64,000 nucleotides of DNA from a virus, in the IMG/VR virus record IMGVR_UViG_3300021963_009388, positions 1 through 64,000 of that record; one strand, written 5' to 3'. The first letter of the stretch is position 1, and each line of letters starts with the position of its first letter. Shown in pieces: positions 15,557-25,506 of the stretch. Below the pieces are notes generated by a model, which worked only from the letters and a program-made list of their open reading frames with translations, searched no databases and had not been told where the DNA came from. Both the position numbers and the translations under genes were made by a program.

Positions 15557-15976
15557 TTGAAAAATAAATACAGCCTAGAGTTAGCCCGAATATCTCCAAA
15601 CTCTAATAAGGTAGATGTGGTCGAACTTTCTTTTAATCCAGAAAAGATGAAATCTGTATTCGAAGATTTAGTTGGCGGGCTGGCTGGAGTGATGAAGTTA
15701 GATAATGGATTCTTTATAATATATAACAACTCAGAGTTTACCGAGAATGACCTCGATTTTAACATCGGGGCTTCTTGGTTTATAGCAAAGACTACAAAGC
15801 ACAAAGATATAAAAATTTACGGAAACGTACTGGTGGCTAGCTATAGAGATGAAGACCCAGACACACTAAGAAGCATAGACTTTGATAAACTGTCTACCAT
15901 CTTTAAGGATCAGGATGAACCTGTGGTAGGTGTTAGTTACCAATACAAGTCTTCAATTAACCCTTCAATCAATTAG
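15557..15976 (+). CDS. hypothetical protein
   Basis: TTG start; GAGGAG SD. Confidence 0.7.
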   Translation: MKNKYSLELARISPNSNKVDVVELSFNPEKMKSVFEDLVGGLAGVMKLDNGFFIIYNNSEFTENDLDFNIGASWFIAKTTKHKDIKIYGNVLVASYRDEDPDTLRSIDFDKLSTIFKDQDEPVVGVSYQYKSSINPSIN

Positions 15977-15985
15977 GACAACATC

Positions 15986-16279
15986 ATGGATGAAAGCTTG
16001 TTATCTATAATTGCCGCCACTCTGAACACTGATAGCGGTTCAGAGCTGGAGGCCGTTAAAAAAGAAATCTCTGATCAATCTATGTTTATAGAAGTCAAAG
16101 ATTTGGATATTTCCTTTAAAGAAAGGCAGATAGTCCTCACTGTTAATCACGAAGGTACGCTGTTTAGCAAGTGCCTTACTTTGTTCGAAGACGATACGCC
16201 CGTAGAGGTTAGGTCAAAGTTCTGGAACCTAGTGAATGAAGCAGAGAACTTCATGGCCGCGGATAACTTAAAATGGTAG
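15986..16279 (+). CDS. hypothetical protein
   Basis: ORF in an operon-like run. Confidence 0.7.
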   Translation: MDESLLSIIAATLNTDSGSELEAVKKEISDQSMFIEVKDLDISFKERQIVLTVNHEGTLFSKCLTLFEDDTPVEVRSKFWNLVNEAENFMAADNLKW

Positions 16280-16575
16280 AATGTATCATGTCTAACACTC
16301 AGGAGGTGCTCATGGCTACTTTAGGATTAGATAAAGATGGTTCAGTGGAGTCGTCTCCACTGAAAAAAGTCAAACCAAAAATAGATAAGGTTATACTTAA
16401 TAATCTTTCTAAGTTAGTGCTCTTTCCAGAAGAGCACATAAAGTGTGAGGCTATCAATGTTTACGACGACAGGTGGCGCGTAAACATTTGGACCTCTGGA
16501 GATAACAATGCCAAGATTGAAAAGTCTTGGTTTGTTGTAGCTGACTCTCTAGGTGCAGTCATATCTTTTAATTAG
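16273..16575 (+). CDS. hypothetical protein
   Basis: ORF; start may be 16288. Confidence 0.65.
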   Translation: MVECIMSNTQEVLMATLGLDKDGSVESSPLKKVKPKIDKVILNNLSKLVLFPEEHIKCEAINVYDDRWRVNIWTSGDNNAKIEKSWFVVADSLGAVISFN

Positions 16576-16611
16576 TTTTAGATTTTTATTTACTCTAACA
16601 ACGAGGTTATC

Positions 16612-16839
16612 ATGACTGACGTTATAGTTTCCGCACGCATAACCCCTATGCCAGTTAATTTTACAGACCCTATGCCTAACGTAATGGTTATCACTGCCGG
16701 CAGTGAAGAAGAGCAGCTGCTCTTCTCCTACTACCCTGACGAGCTTTCATTCTCACCTAGTGAGTTTATAGGTTTGTCTGTAGAGCAGGGTAGGACTCTA
16801 AAGTTTACAAAGGACGTGGCCTTTCTTAAAGCGCCTTAG
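16612..16839 (+). CDS. conserved hypothetical phage protein
   Basis: LFSYYPDELSFSPSEFIGL motif; GAGG SD. Confidence 0.7.
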   Translation: MTDVIVSARITPMPVNFTDPMPNVMVITAGSEEEQLLFSYYPDELSFSPSEFIGLSVEQGRTLKFTKDVAFLKAP

Positions 16840-16856
16840 TCCTAAGAAAGGACATT

Positions 16857-17636
16857 ATGTCTAGGAGATTTTACAGGTCCTGCTTTTATGTTCAAATGTT
16901 TGCCGCTTTACGCTCGCACGGCCCTACAAGCCGTGCGAGCGTTCTGTTTAAGTTTTTAGCTCTCAGAGAGAAAAAAGCAAAAGCTTTGTTTGACTCCGTA
17001 GAGGGCAGGCCTAATCTTAAAAAAAGTTACCCCTATCTTGCAGCCGCTGTAACCGCCTGTACTTTGCCGGCATACTTATACAAAAAAGAGAAAGATCTTA
17101 AGAGTAACTCATGCAGCAAGGCTCGTTACTGCGCATATTGCTGGAACAGAATGACGTGCAAGTCTTATGTGCGTATGACTAAGCCAGCCAACAGGTTAAA
17201 CATTAAAGACTATGTGTATGCTTACTCAGAGGTATCTGTATCTCTTCCCCTAGGATCAAGTAGAAACGATATAGCTTCAGCGGGCATGGCTCTGTTCTCT
17301 CCTAGGTGGAAGTACAGCAGAGACAAGCTTGCATCTTCTAGGGTTTTAGGCGTAGCTGAGCTGCTTGTAGTACACTCTTGTAAGCAAGACGCCGGTGATC
17401 GATCCTACAAAGTTACTTTAAGAAAAATAGCTTACTGCCATAAAAATTCAAAATTAGCTAAAGATTCTTTAAAATCTTCTAGCAGGTATGGCTCCGCTGG
17501 TGTTAAGTTTTGCTGTTACCCTGTGTCTATGCTTTTTGATGGGCCTCTTAGGTCTATAAAGTTTGATGAAGCCTTTAGGCACAGAAGGACTATGAGACAG
17601 TATGGCGTGTTTTATGGCAGTAATTCTATAAAGTAG
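16857..17636 (+). CDS. basic Cys-containing hypothetical protein
   Basis: 259 aa; C...YCAYCW. Confidence 0.6.
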   Translation: MSRRFYRSCFYVQMFAALRSHGPTSRASVLFKFLALREKKAKALFDSVEGRPNLKKSYPYLAAAVTACTLPAYLYKKEKDLKSNSCSKARYCAYCWNRMTCKSYVRMTKPANRLNIKDYVYAYSEVSVSLPLGSSRNDIASAGMALFSPRWKYSRDKLASSRVLGVAELLVVHSCKQDAGDRSYKVTLRKIAYCHKNSKLAKDSLKSSSRYGSAGVKFCCYPVSMLFDGPLRSIKFDEAFRHRRTMRQYGVFYGSNSIK

Positions 17637-17662
17637 CGCTCAGGAGGATAGTAGAACAGCCT

Positions 17663-18157
17663 ATGAGCAAACGGAAGGACCCGGCTAAAATGATTAAGGA
17701 AGCTAAGTTTAAGCATTACACCGTATTTGTACCCCCTGTCTTTGGGGAAGTACCTAGCGAAATACGTAAGTATCCTATGCCTGGAGAAAGTTATAATTAT
17801 AATCAAATGGTGGACGTTTTATCTATATTTGACAAGAGATGGAAGTCCGCCGGCTCCACGGAAGATAGGGAGCCTTATGCTACTTCTTCCGAGAAGGACG
17901 GGTCTAATTCTTTAAGTGATTTAAGCTCAAGGCTGACTAGAGATGGTATCTATTCTGAGGTAGCTAGTGAGGCTTTTATAGAAGCCGTGGCTGAAAAAGA
18001 ATCTTCTAATCTACTCATAAATAACTTACTTAGGCTTGACTGTTCTTCAGATGATGCAGATGATCTGGATGAGGACGTACCTAAACTTCAGCCACAAGGA
18101 GGTGGCCAGCCGTGTCCAAAAGGAAAAGAAGAGAAGAAGAGGAAGAAAAAAAGGTAG
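17663..18157 (+). CDS. hypothetical protein
   Basis: 164 aa ORF. Confidence 0.6.
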   Translation: MSKRKDPAKMIKEAKFKHYTVFVPPVFGEVPSEIRKYPMPGESYNYNQMVDVLSIFDKRWKSAGSTEDREPYATSSEKDGSNSLSDLSSRLTRDGIYSEVASEAFIEAVAEKESSNLLINNLLRLDCSSDDADDLDEDVPKLQPQGGGQPCPKGKEEKKRKKKR

Positions 18158-18342
18158 GTAAGAAAGACAAGAAGCACCCGAATAGCGGCGTTAAGCTTTG
18201 CTTAAGGTGTGGAAAAGAATTCATGTCTTTGGATGTATGCCGAAATAGAATATGTACGGCATGCGGCAGAGCAAACTACAGAGAGTGGCTACCTAACGTA
18301 TACAACTCAGGCCCTGGAATTGAAGCAGAGGATAACTTTTAG
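18112..18342 (+). CDS. small Zn-finger protein
   Basis: CLRCGKEFMS...NRICTAC. Confidence 0.6.
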   Translation: MSKRKRREEEEEKKVGKKDKKHPNSGVKLCLRCGKEFMSLDVCRNRICTACGRANYREWLPNVYNSGPGIEAEDNF

Positions 18343-18343
18343 T

Positions 18344-18991
18344 TTACCTGTTGTTTCTTAGCCCGGGATCAACCATGTGCCTAGCCTGTTGTATTACAAG
18401 CTCATCATCTATCGAGCAGAACTCAGCGACTGCACTCACGGTTTCTTGAGTACTATCCACCAGATCGTTGTAGGGCACTATCAATGTCTCTATCTTGTTC
18501 TCACTTGCCCACTGCAGAGTATCTAGCCTAGCTATCTCATATCTGCCTATTATCTCACTGGCTTTTCTATAATCTACTTTCATCAGCTTGCCCATGCTCT
18601 TAGCCGATAGGTTTATGGGCCTTGCTGTACTTACAATCTTTAACTTGCAGTTCATCAGATACTCAGAGAAGTTCTTAAGCACGAACACAAGCCTAGGATC
18701 CTTAAGGCCCCACTTCTCTTGAACACACCTTGTCCTTATGAGGTTGGTGTATTTAGGCTGAGTACACTCCATAGTGTAATCGTCCAAGTTATTCATTGAA
18801 AGGTTTGGTATTTCTCCATACATAAACTGGTGAAAACCCAAAAATTCAATGTCCTCATAGAAGCCTTTAATGTTATGCTCCATGCCGTTCATGAGGTTAG
18901 GGCCCATGTTGACTCCTAGCGAATGCATTACGCCCGCTAGAGCGCTTGACCCAGACCTTGGAGTTCCTATTACAGCGTAGCAGGTATTCAT
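18344..18991 (-). CDS. sulfotransferase family protein
   Basis: GTPRSGSS PAPS-binding loop, N-x-KGFYED, WGLKDPR. Confidence 0.85.
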   Translation of the reverse strand: MNTCYAVIGTPRSGSSALAGVMHSLGVNMGPNLMNGMEHNIKGFYEDIEFLGFHQFMYGEIPNLSMNNLDDYTMECTQPKYTNLIRTRCVQEKWGLKDPRLVFVLKNFSEYLMNCKLKIVSTARPINLSAKSMGKLMKVDYRKASEIIGRYEIARLDTLQWASENKIETLIVPYNDLVDSTQETVSAVAEFCSIDDELVIQQARHMVDPGLRNNR

Positions 18992-19009
18992 ATTTCACCG
19001 GGTTAGCCT

Positions 19010-19876
19010 ATGATTAATAAAAGATTAGCCGCGTTTACCATAGCTCAGAATGAAGACACGTTTTTGGAGATATGGGTTAAGCACTACTCAGCCCATATAC
19101 CTAAAGAAGATTTATACATACTTAACCACAACAGTACAACAGAATCTTCGCTTAAGGTTTTAGACAGGTGCAGGCAAGAGGGTATTAACGTTATACCCAT
19201 TCATAGGTTTGAAAGCTTCAACCATGAGTGGTTAAAGAACTCTGTAGAGTTTTTTCAAAAGTACTTGCTGCAGAGTTACCAGGCTGTATTGTTTGCCGAA
19301 GCGGATGAGATAATCTTTGTAAAGCCAAGTCCTACAGCCAAGGGGCTTGTTGATTTTATAATGGATAAGCTTTCAAAAGATGATGACACTAAGCCTCATC
19401 TTAAATTCTTAAGGTGCTTTGGATTTTCTATAGACCACGTTCCTAGTCTTGAATCCCCAATAGATTTTACTAAACCTATATTAGAGCAGCGTAAGTATTG
19501 GAGGTTTGATTATTTGTATTGCAAAGCTCTTATATCTAACGTGCATTGCTATTGGACTCTGGGGTTTCATCATTTGCACAACTGTGAAGCTATTCCAATG
19601 GATATGGACCTTATGCTACTTCATCTTCACAAAATTGATTACGAGTCTTGTAAGAAGAAGCACAAAGAACAGGCTGAAAGAAAATGGAGCAAGTTGGATC
19701 TAGAGCAGCTAAGAGGACTTCAAAACAGAACAAGCGAAGGCGAAGCGTTTGATAAGTGGTTCTTTGGAGATAACAGCGAAGCTCTTAAGAGGTTTCCCAA
19801 GGCTGATTTATCTTCTTTTCCTAAGGATCATAACTCTATAAAGTTAATACCCGATTTTATGATAGGAGTAGTATGA
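19010..19876 (+). CDS. GT-A fold glycosyltransferase
   Basis: TIAQNEDTFLEIWVKHY, EADE, LHLH. Confidence 0.7.
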   Translation: MINKRLAAFTIAQNEDTFLEIWVKHYSAHIPKEDLYILNHNSTTESSLKVLDRCRQEGINVIPIHRFESFNHEWLKNSVEFFQKYLLQSYQAVLFAEADEIIFVKPSPTAKGLVDFIMDKLSKDDDTKPHLKFLRCFGFSIDHVPSLESPIDFTKPILEQRKYWRFDYLYCKALISNVHCYWTLGFHHLHNCEAIPMDMDLMLLHLHKIDYESCKKKHKEQAERKWSKLDLEQLRGLQNRTSEGEAFDKWFFGDNSEALKRFPKADLSSFPKDHNSIKLIPDFMIGVV

Positions 19877-21114
19877 GTAGTTATTCTGATCTAGCTCCAT
19901 TTTTTCTAATTAAAGACCATGTACATTTACGCAATTTAACTACTATGTTTGCAGCCTCTATAACTTCTTCTCTTGTTGTGCCAACTATAAGGCTAGGAGA
20001 GATGCCCAACTTCCTTACTCAATGGGAATCCTTAGAGTGGTTTCCTGAGAATGTGCACGTAGTGTACGACGGAGCCAGCGCTGACATAGAAGGCACTGAA
20101 GAAGGTGTTAAACTCTTAAGTTTCTCCGAAGACAAGGCTTACTCTCTGCACATTCACAGCTGGGATAAGACTTACATGGGTAGCAAAGATAAGAGCACGT
20201 GTGATAACCTTCCCTACCCAATAGACATTCTAAGAGCAGAGGGCTATACCTGTTTTAGTAAGAAGGATTCAGCAATAAGAAGCTATGGGTTTCTTCAAGC
20301 CCATGCGCTTTACTCTAAGACTAAGACTTCAAAGATACACGCTTTGTTTACACTCGATGACGACTGCCGTCCTTCCAAGTCAACTGAAGGGTGCAGTTTC
20401 TTTAAGACTCATATAGTTAATCTATTTAACTTCTCATCTTGGTCTTCAACGGTTCCGGGTGTACGCGTTAGGGGTATTCCGTACTATTCGCATACGCAGA
20501 GCATGTTTGAAGCAGCCAGGCTTCAAGTTAAGCTAAGTGTTGGAACATGGGAAGGAATGCCTGACTTTGACTCTGTGCAGCGCATAGGGCACAGAGAGCT
20601 TGAATCTGCTGAGCTTCCTTTGGCTAGAGGAGCCATACTTGCACACCCTGATGTAACCTACCCTATATGCGGTATGAACATGGCGTTTAGGGCTGACTTT
20701 CTTCCTTTGTCGTTGTTCCCGCCCATGGGGGACATCTCACCATATAAGCGCTTTGATGATATTTGGTTTGGGCTTTTAGCGCAGTTAGTTTTAAAGTACA
20801 CCTCTGGGTCGTGGTGCTATGGAAGCCCTAACTTAAATCATCAAAAGCTTAGTGATAGTATGAAGTGCTTAGTAAGCGAAGCTCCAGGCATAGCTCTTAA
20901 CGAAGAGCTCTGGATAGCGTTAAAGCACATAGCTAAATCTAAATTAGCCGGGTTCTGCAGTAGAGACGTCTCCACAGCTTGCGCTGTTATGGCTGACGCT
21001 ATGGTAGAGTACTCGGATATAGGAAGAATAAGCGCAAACTGCTCTAAGTATATAAACCAGTGGGGCTTAGCCCTACGTGACTGGTTGAAGCTTATAGACA
21101 AGTATTCACATTAG
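19873..21114 (+). CDS. RGP / UDP-arabinopyranose mutase (GT75)-like protein
   Basis: [38 protein letters not shown]. Confidence 0.75.
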   Translation: MSSYSDLAPFFLIKDHVHLRNLTTMFAASITSSLVVPTIRLGEMPNFLTQWESLEWFPENVHVVYDGASADIEGTEEGVKLLSFSEDKAYSLHIHSWDKTYMGSKDKSTCDNLPYPIDILRAEGYTCFSKKDSAIRSYGFLQAHALYSKTKTSKIHALFTLDDDCRPSKSTEGCSFFKTHIVNLFNFSSWSSTVPGVRVRGIPYYSHTQSMFEAARLQVKLSVGTWEGMPDFDSVQRIGHRELESAELPLARGAILAHPDVTYPICGMNMAFRADFLPLSLFPPMGDISPYKRFDDIWFGLLAQLVLKYTSGSWCYGSPNLNHQKLSDSMKCLVSEAPGIALNEELWIALKHIAKSKLAGFCSRDVSTACAVMADAMVEYSDIGRISANCSKYINQWGLALRDWLKLIDKYSH

Positions 21115-21269
21115 GCTATAACTTTTTTAGACTCTTCTCTATGAACACGTATGTGATCAGGAGCTTCTATACCTAGCTTTACTTGGTTGCCGTTTATACG
21201 TACAACCTTTATAACTATGTCATCTGTAATCTTTATAGTTTGATTTAGTTTTCTTGTTATGATTAGCAC
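21111..21269 (-). CDS. csrA: carbon storage regulator CsrA
   Basis: Manual translation [46 protein letters not shown]; AGGAG SD; absent from the ORF track. Confidence 0.92.
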   Translation of the reverse strand: MLIITRKLNQTIKITDDIVIKVVRINGNQVKLGIEAPDHIRVHREESKKVIA

Positions 21270-21351
21270 AGTTTCTCCTTATAGATAGGTGTGGTCTACT
21301 TAAATTATTATAGGGGCACAGTGCCCATAGTCCAATTTTTTTGGAGGTTAA

Positions 21352-22488
21352 ATGTTAGATATTCTTAAAGGTAAAAAGCCAGTAGCGGTTATCACTTCTG
21401 ATTGGCACATGGCTCTGGGAGCTTGGAAAAAGTTACCAGATGTTAAAGGCGACGCTGAGTTTTCTTTGAGCCAGATAGTAGATATAGCGATAGAGCTTAA
21501 AGTACCACTTATAGCAGCGGGCGATTTGTTCGATACTAAGAACCCTGACTCCTATAGTGTTAATGCAGTTGCTACACATATGGCTCGAATGAGACAAGCT
21601 GGTCTACCTGTATACTACGTGCAGGGCCAGCACGAAATGGCTACGCCAACATGGTTTAGTTTATTTGAAGGCTGTCACAACGTACATGATAAGCACTTTG
21701 AGATAGGTGGAGTAACTTTTTACGGCTACGACTACTTTCTGCCTAAGTCGGTAGAAGACTCCTACTCTAGGTTTAAGCCGGCTGATGTTCTAATCACACA
21801 TCAAGTATGGAGTGAGCTTCTTCCTTTCAACGGCCAGGAATTCTGCTGCTCCTACAATCTTGTACACGAGCATGTAAAGTACAAGGCTATAGTCAGCGGA
21901 GACTATCATTCTCATTTTAAAGCACCTGTAGGTTCTTCTGTGTTTGTATCCCCCGGTAGCATATGCTTACAAGACTTAAAAGAGTCATGCAATAAGGCCG
22001 CTTGGGTATTAACAGATGATCTAGGGTTTACTTCTGTTCCTTACAACACAAGAAGGCTGATACAGTGCAAGGTAGAGTCTGACTCAGACCTGCACACCTT
22101 GGTAAAGATGGCTGACTCTATAAAGTCTGATGACTACCCTAACGGAATAGGCAAGCCCATAATAAGAGTAAAGTACGCTAGCACTATCGACAACGTTAGC
22201 GTTGCAGTGTCTAGCGCCTTTAAAGGAAAGGCTTACTATGACTTGTCTCCTATTATAGAGGGGTCATCTGAAAGCGAAGACCAAAGCAGGAATGAGCCTG
22301 AAGAGAAGATTCTAGATAAGGTAAACATAGACGAGTGTTTTCAAGAATCCTTGAGTGACTTTTGTGACCCTTCTGATCGGAGCTATGGTGATCTTCTAAG
22401 GCTATGGGGGGCTAGGTCTACTGAGGATATGCGTAGAGAGATAGAGGACATAGCCAACAGCATAAAAACTGGTGGACACGAGCATTAA
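21352..22488 (+). CDS. SbcD/Mre11-like nuclease
   Basis: SDWH, AGDLFD, GQHE, GDYH metallophosphoesterase motifs. Confidence 0.85.
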   Translation: MLDILKGKKPVAVITSDWHMALGAWKKLPDVKGDAEFSLSQIVDIAIELKVPLIAAGDLFDTKNPDSYSVNAVATHMARMRQAGLPVYYVQGQHEMATPTWFSLFEGCHNVHDKHFEIGGVTFYGYDYFLPKSVEDSYSRFKPADVLITHQVWSELLPFNGQEFCCSYNLVHEHVKYKAIVSGDYHSHFKAPVGSSVFVSPGSICLQDLKESCNKAAWVLTDDLGFTSVPYNTRRLIQCKVESDSDLHTLVKMADSIKSDDYPNGIGKPIIRVKYASTIDNVSVAVSSAFKGKAYYDLSPIIEGSSESEDQSRNEPEEKILDKVNIDECFQESLSDFCDPSDRSYGDLLRLWGARSTEDMRREIEDIANSIKTGGHEH

Positions 22489-22552
22489 TCAGTGAGATAA
22501 TTTAGTGGGCTATCACTAAAGTATTTTAACTGACATACGGAGAAATAATGCT

Positions 22553-23293
22553 ATGGCTGCTCCGCTTCTTCCTCCAAAAAATGTTGGGCCGATAACTTAC
22601 GTTTACAACGGTAAAACTTTTACTGTTAGCTGGCCCTATTTTACGTATGACAGTAATGGTAGAAACGCTTTACAGAAACAAGCTATGCCTGGCGGTAACC
22701 TAGATTTAAACGCAGTAGTCCTAGCTAGTGCTATTCAAGGAGCTCTAGACAAGTTTGCAAATGACGCGGCTAAAAAAGTTTCTGCTGATAGAAAAGCAGC
22801 AAATGACGCGGCGTACGCAGATATGGTTGCGCGTAATTACGCTCAAACAAATGCATCAACTTTGCCAACCACTGTAATTACTCTTGGTAGCACTACTCCA
22901 CAGCCCATTAAACCTTTTACTACTAATACACCTATACTAGCTACTAAGGTTGTTGTAATTACCGCTAAACCCAATAGTCGAAAAGCTATAAAAACCACGC
23001 CCAAAAAACCAAATACTACAAAACAATCAAGTCCTGGAAAACCCACCCCTAACAAAAACCCGGCTATACCTCCACCACCGCCGCCACCACCTGATATAAA
23101 AGTAAGTCTCTGCCTTCCTGACACATACTTAGATATTAAAACCGGTAAATGTGTGCCATGCCCTACTGGAAAGGGACAATACATTAGGGGTAGTGGGTGC
23201 CAGCCATGCCCTCCAGGCTCTACTGGAGAAAGCATACATACTGGGTGTACCCGTGTCGGGCCTGATGGAAATAGCTACACGATGATAGCTTAA
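22553..23293 (+). CDS. Pro/Thr-rich protein with Cys-rich C-terminus
   Basis: Poly-Pro stretch and CVPCP...CQPCP repeats. Confidence 0.6.
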   Translation: MAAPLLPPKNVGPITYVYNGKTFTVSWPYFTYDSNGRNALQKQAMPGGNLDLNAVVLASAIQGALDKFANDAAKKVSADRKAANDAAYADMVARNYAQTNASTLPTTVITLGSTTPQPIKPFTTNTPILATKVVVITAKPNSRKAIKTTPKKPNTTKQSSPGKPTPNKNPAIPPPPPPPPDIKVSLCLPDTYLDIKTGKCVPCPTGKGQYIRGSGCQPCPPGSTGESIHTGCTRVGPDGNSYTMIA

Positions 23294-23316
23294 CTATTTT
23301 TATTAAAATTACTTAT

Positions 23317-23350
23317 CAAGCCCTCTAGTATTTCCTAGAGGGCTTGCTTT
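23317..23350 (+). terminator. terminator
   Basis: CAAGCCCTCTAG...CTAGAGGGCTTG plus T-rich tail. Confidence 0.6.
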
Positions 23351-23388
23351 ATATATACTTACGCCATCTTGTTTAATTTGGAGAACTT

Positions 23389-25503
23389 ATGAGATTAGAT
23401 AGGTTAAGGCTTAAAAACTTCTGCTATCACAGAGAGCTCGACTGGGTATTCTCTGATGGCATAACCTCAATATCCGGAGAGAATGGCTCTGGAAAATCAA
23501 GTGCCCTTACAGCCATATACGCAGCCCTTACCGGGGACTTTAAGCGTAACGACGGCGTAATGGGAGATAACATAAACCAGTTCTGTTCAGAGAAAGAAGA
23601 AAGTTTTGTAGAGCTTCATTTCTCTACTGACTCTAACTCTGCAGTAATAACTAGGTATCTAAGACCCAATAAGCGGTCTCTAGTAATAGACGGCGGTACG
23701 CCCATAACGTCAGAGAAAGAAATTGCTTCGGCTATAGAAGGGTTGATAGGCGTATCGTTTGAGATACTGTCTGACTACGTCTTTGTGCGCCAAGGCGATA
23801 TGCTAGGCGCGATAACCATGCGCAAAGGCGATAGACTATCAGCACTTCAATCGCTGTATGGCCTGCAAAGGTCTGAATCTTGTTACGACGAGATAAGTAA
23901 AAGCGCTGCTAAAATAATAGTGCAAACCCCCTCTGAAACTATAGAGAGCATAGCTGCTCAGCTTAGAGAGAAGAATCTAATTCTTAACTCTTTGAAAGAG
24001 TCTATTGTAGATTTAAATAAGCAAGAACTAAATGACTCTAGCCTAAAGGCAGACCTTGAGTTTTTTAGAAAGCAAGAATCAATCAAGTCTAGCATAGCTG
24101 AAGCTAATCTTAGTTTATCTAAAGTTGGCAACGATCTTAAAGAATTGATAAATAGAAGACCCATAGTAGTCGATAGGCTTAGCGGGCTGGATGTAGGTAA
24201 CCTTGATGCTATGCTATCAGATTATAAAAGAGCCAAAATCGTATGGGGCTCTATATCGTCTTATGATTTAAGAATGGCTTCAAATCGAAGTAGCGAAAGT
24301 CTTTTGTCAAGTAGACTTGGAGAGCTAATAGATTCTAAGCCTGAAAAATTAAAGGGTTACATAGCCTCAAGCGGAAAAGACTTTGATCATCTCACTGAGT
24401 TGTGCGGAGCTCTTAGCTCTAAGCGAGAGTGTTTAGAAAAGCTTCAGACTAAAAATGAATGCCCAATATGTGGAAATATGGGGGCAACACTGGCGGTAGC
24501 TGTGGATGCCCTTAAAGAAACTATAAGCATTTTAGAGCCTACAATACAACTAATGAGAGAGCTCTACCAGTCAAGCAGGGACTACGATAACCGAATATCC
24601 GATTACGAAACTAATTATGCTTTACTAAACAATCAGATTGCTCTTTTAAAGTCTAGGATGGAGGAAGTTAGACCGGAAGAGCCCAGTGTCAGCGAAAGCG
24701 AAGCCGATAAGTTTATATCTAGTTTTAACGAAGCTAGAATAAACTACAACGCTGCCTCTAGTGAGTTGGCTTCTTTAGACTCTAGAATAGTTTCTGCAGA
24801 AGCCTCCATAGCAACTTTAAATGATCTAATAGATTCTAAGAAAGGCCTGTGCGACACCTCCATAGACTACGCAAAGATAGATAGGGAGCTATCTTTTAAA
24901 ATAGCCGAGATAGGCGCTAATAAAGAAAAGAGTATTAGATTTCAGGAGCAGGAAAGATCTTTAAAGGAATCTATAGTGTACTTGGAATCAAGAAGAGAAA
25001 AAATAATGGGGGACATAGGTGAGGCTAATGTTAATAAAGAAATTAAAGATCACCTAGAAAATTTAAGAACAGTGATGCATAAGACTAACCTACCAAGAAA
25101 ACTTACGGTAAACTATCTTAAGAGAACTGTTGTTAAAGCGAATAATTACTTGGAAGATTTCAGCGCTCCATTTAGAATATACTCAGATGACGATTTGGTT
25201 TTCTGGGCGAAGTTTATAGATGGAAGAGACCTACCAGTAGGAAGGCTTTCAGGCGGCGAGCTAGGTGTGCTGTCTTTAGCGTTTAGGCTAGCAGTACACT
25301 TTGAAATAGGCGCTGGACTAAACCTCTTGGTTTTGGACGAGCCTACTGATGCTCTAGATGAGGCTAATTTAGAGTGCATTGAAACTGCATTCTCTAGGAT
25401 GAGAGCTATGTCTAAATCTTGTGGTCTGCAGGTTCTTATAGTTAGCCATAGAAAAGCTATCGAGAGAATGTGCGATCATAAGCTTCTCTGTACAAAAAGG
25501 TGA
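23389..25503 (+). CDS. SbcC/Rad50-like ATPase
   Basis: GENGSGKS, coiled coil, CPIC hook, LSGGE, LDEP. Confidence 0.92.
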   Translation: MRLDRLRLKNFCYHRELDWVFSDGITSISGENGSGKSSALTAIYAALTGDFKRNDGVMGDNINQFCSEKEESFVELHFSTDSNSAVITRYLRPNKRSLVIDGGTPITSEKEIASAIEGLIGVSFEILSDYVFVRQGDMLGAITMRKGDRLSALQSLYGLQRSESCYDEISKSAAKIIVQTPSETIESIAAQLREKNLILNSLKESIVDLNKQELNDSSLKADLEFFRKQESIKSSIAEANLSLSKVGNDLKELINRRPIVVDRLSGLDVGNLDAMLSDYKRAKIVWGSISSYDLRMASNRSSESLLSSRLGELIDSKPEKLKGYIASSGKDFDHLTELCGALSSKRECLEKLQTKNECPICGNMGATLAVAVDALKETISILEPTIQLMRELYQSSRDYDNRISDYETNYALLNNQIALLKSRMEEVRPEEPSVSESEADKFISSFNEARINYNAASSELASLDSRIVSAEASIATLNDLIDSKKGLCDTSIDYAKIDRELSFKIAEIGANKEKSIRFQEQERSLKESIVYLESRREKIMGDIGEANVNKEIKDHLENLRTVMHKTNLPRKLTVNYLKRTVVKANNYLEDFSAPFRIYSDDDLVFWAKFIDGRDLPVGRLSGGELGVLSLAFRLAVHFEIGAGLNLLVLDEPTDALDEANLECIETAFSRMRAMSKSCGLQVLIVSHRKAIERMCDHKLLCTKR

Positions 25504-25506
25504 TAG

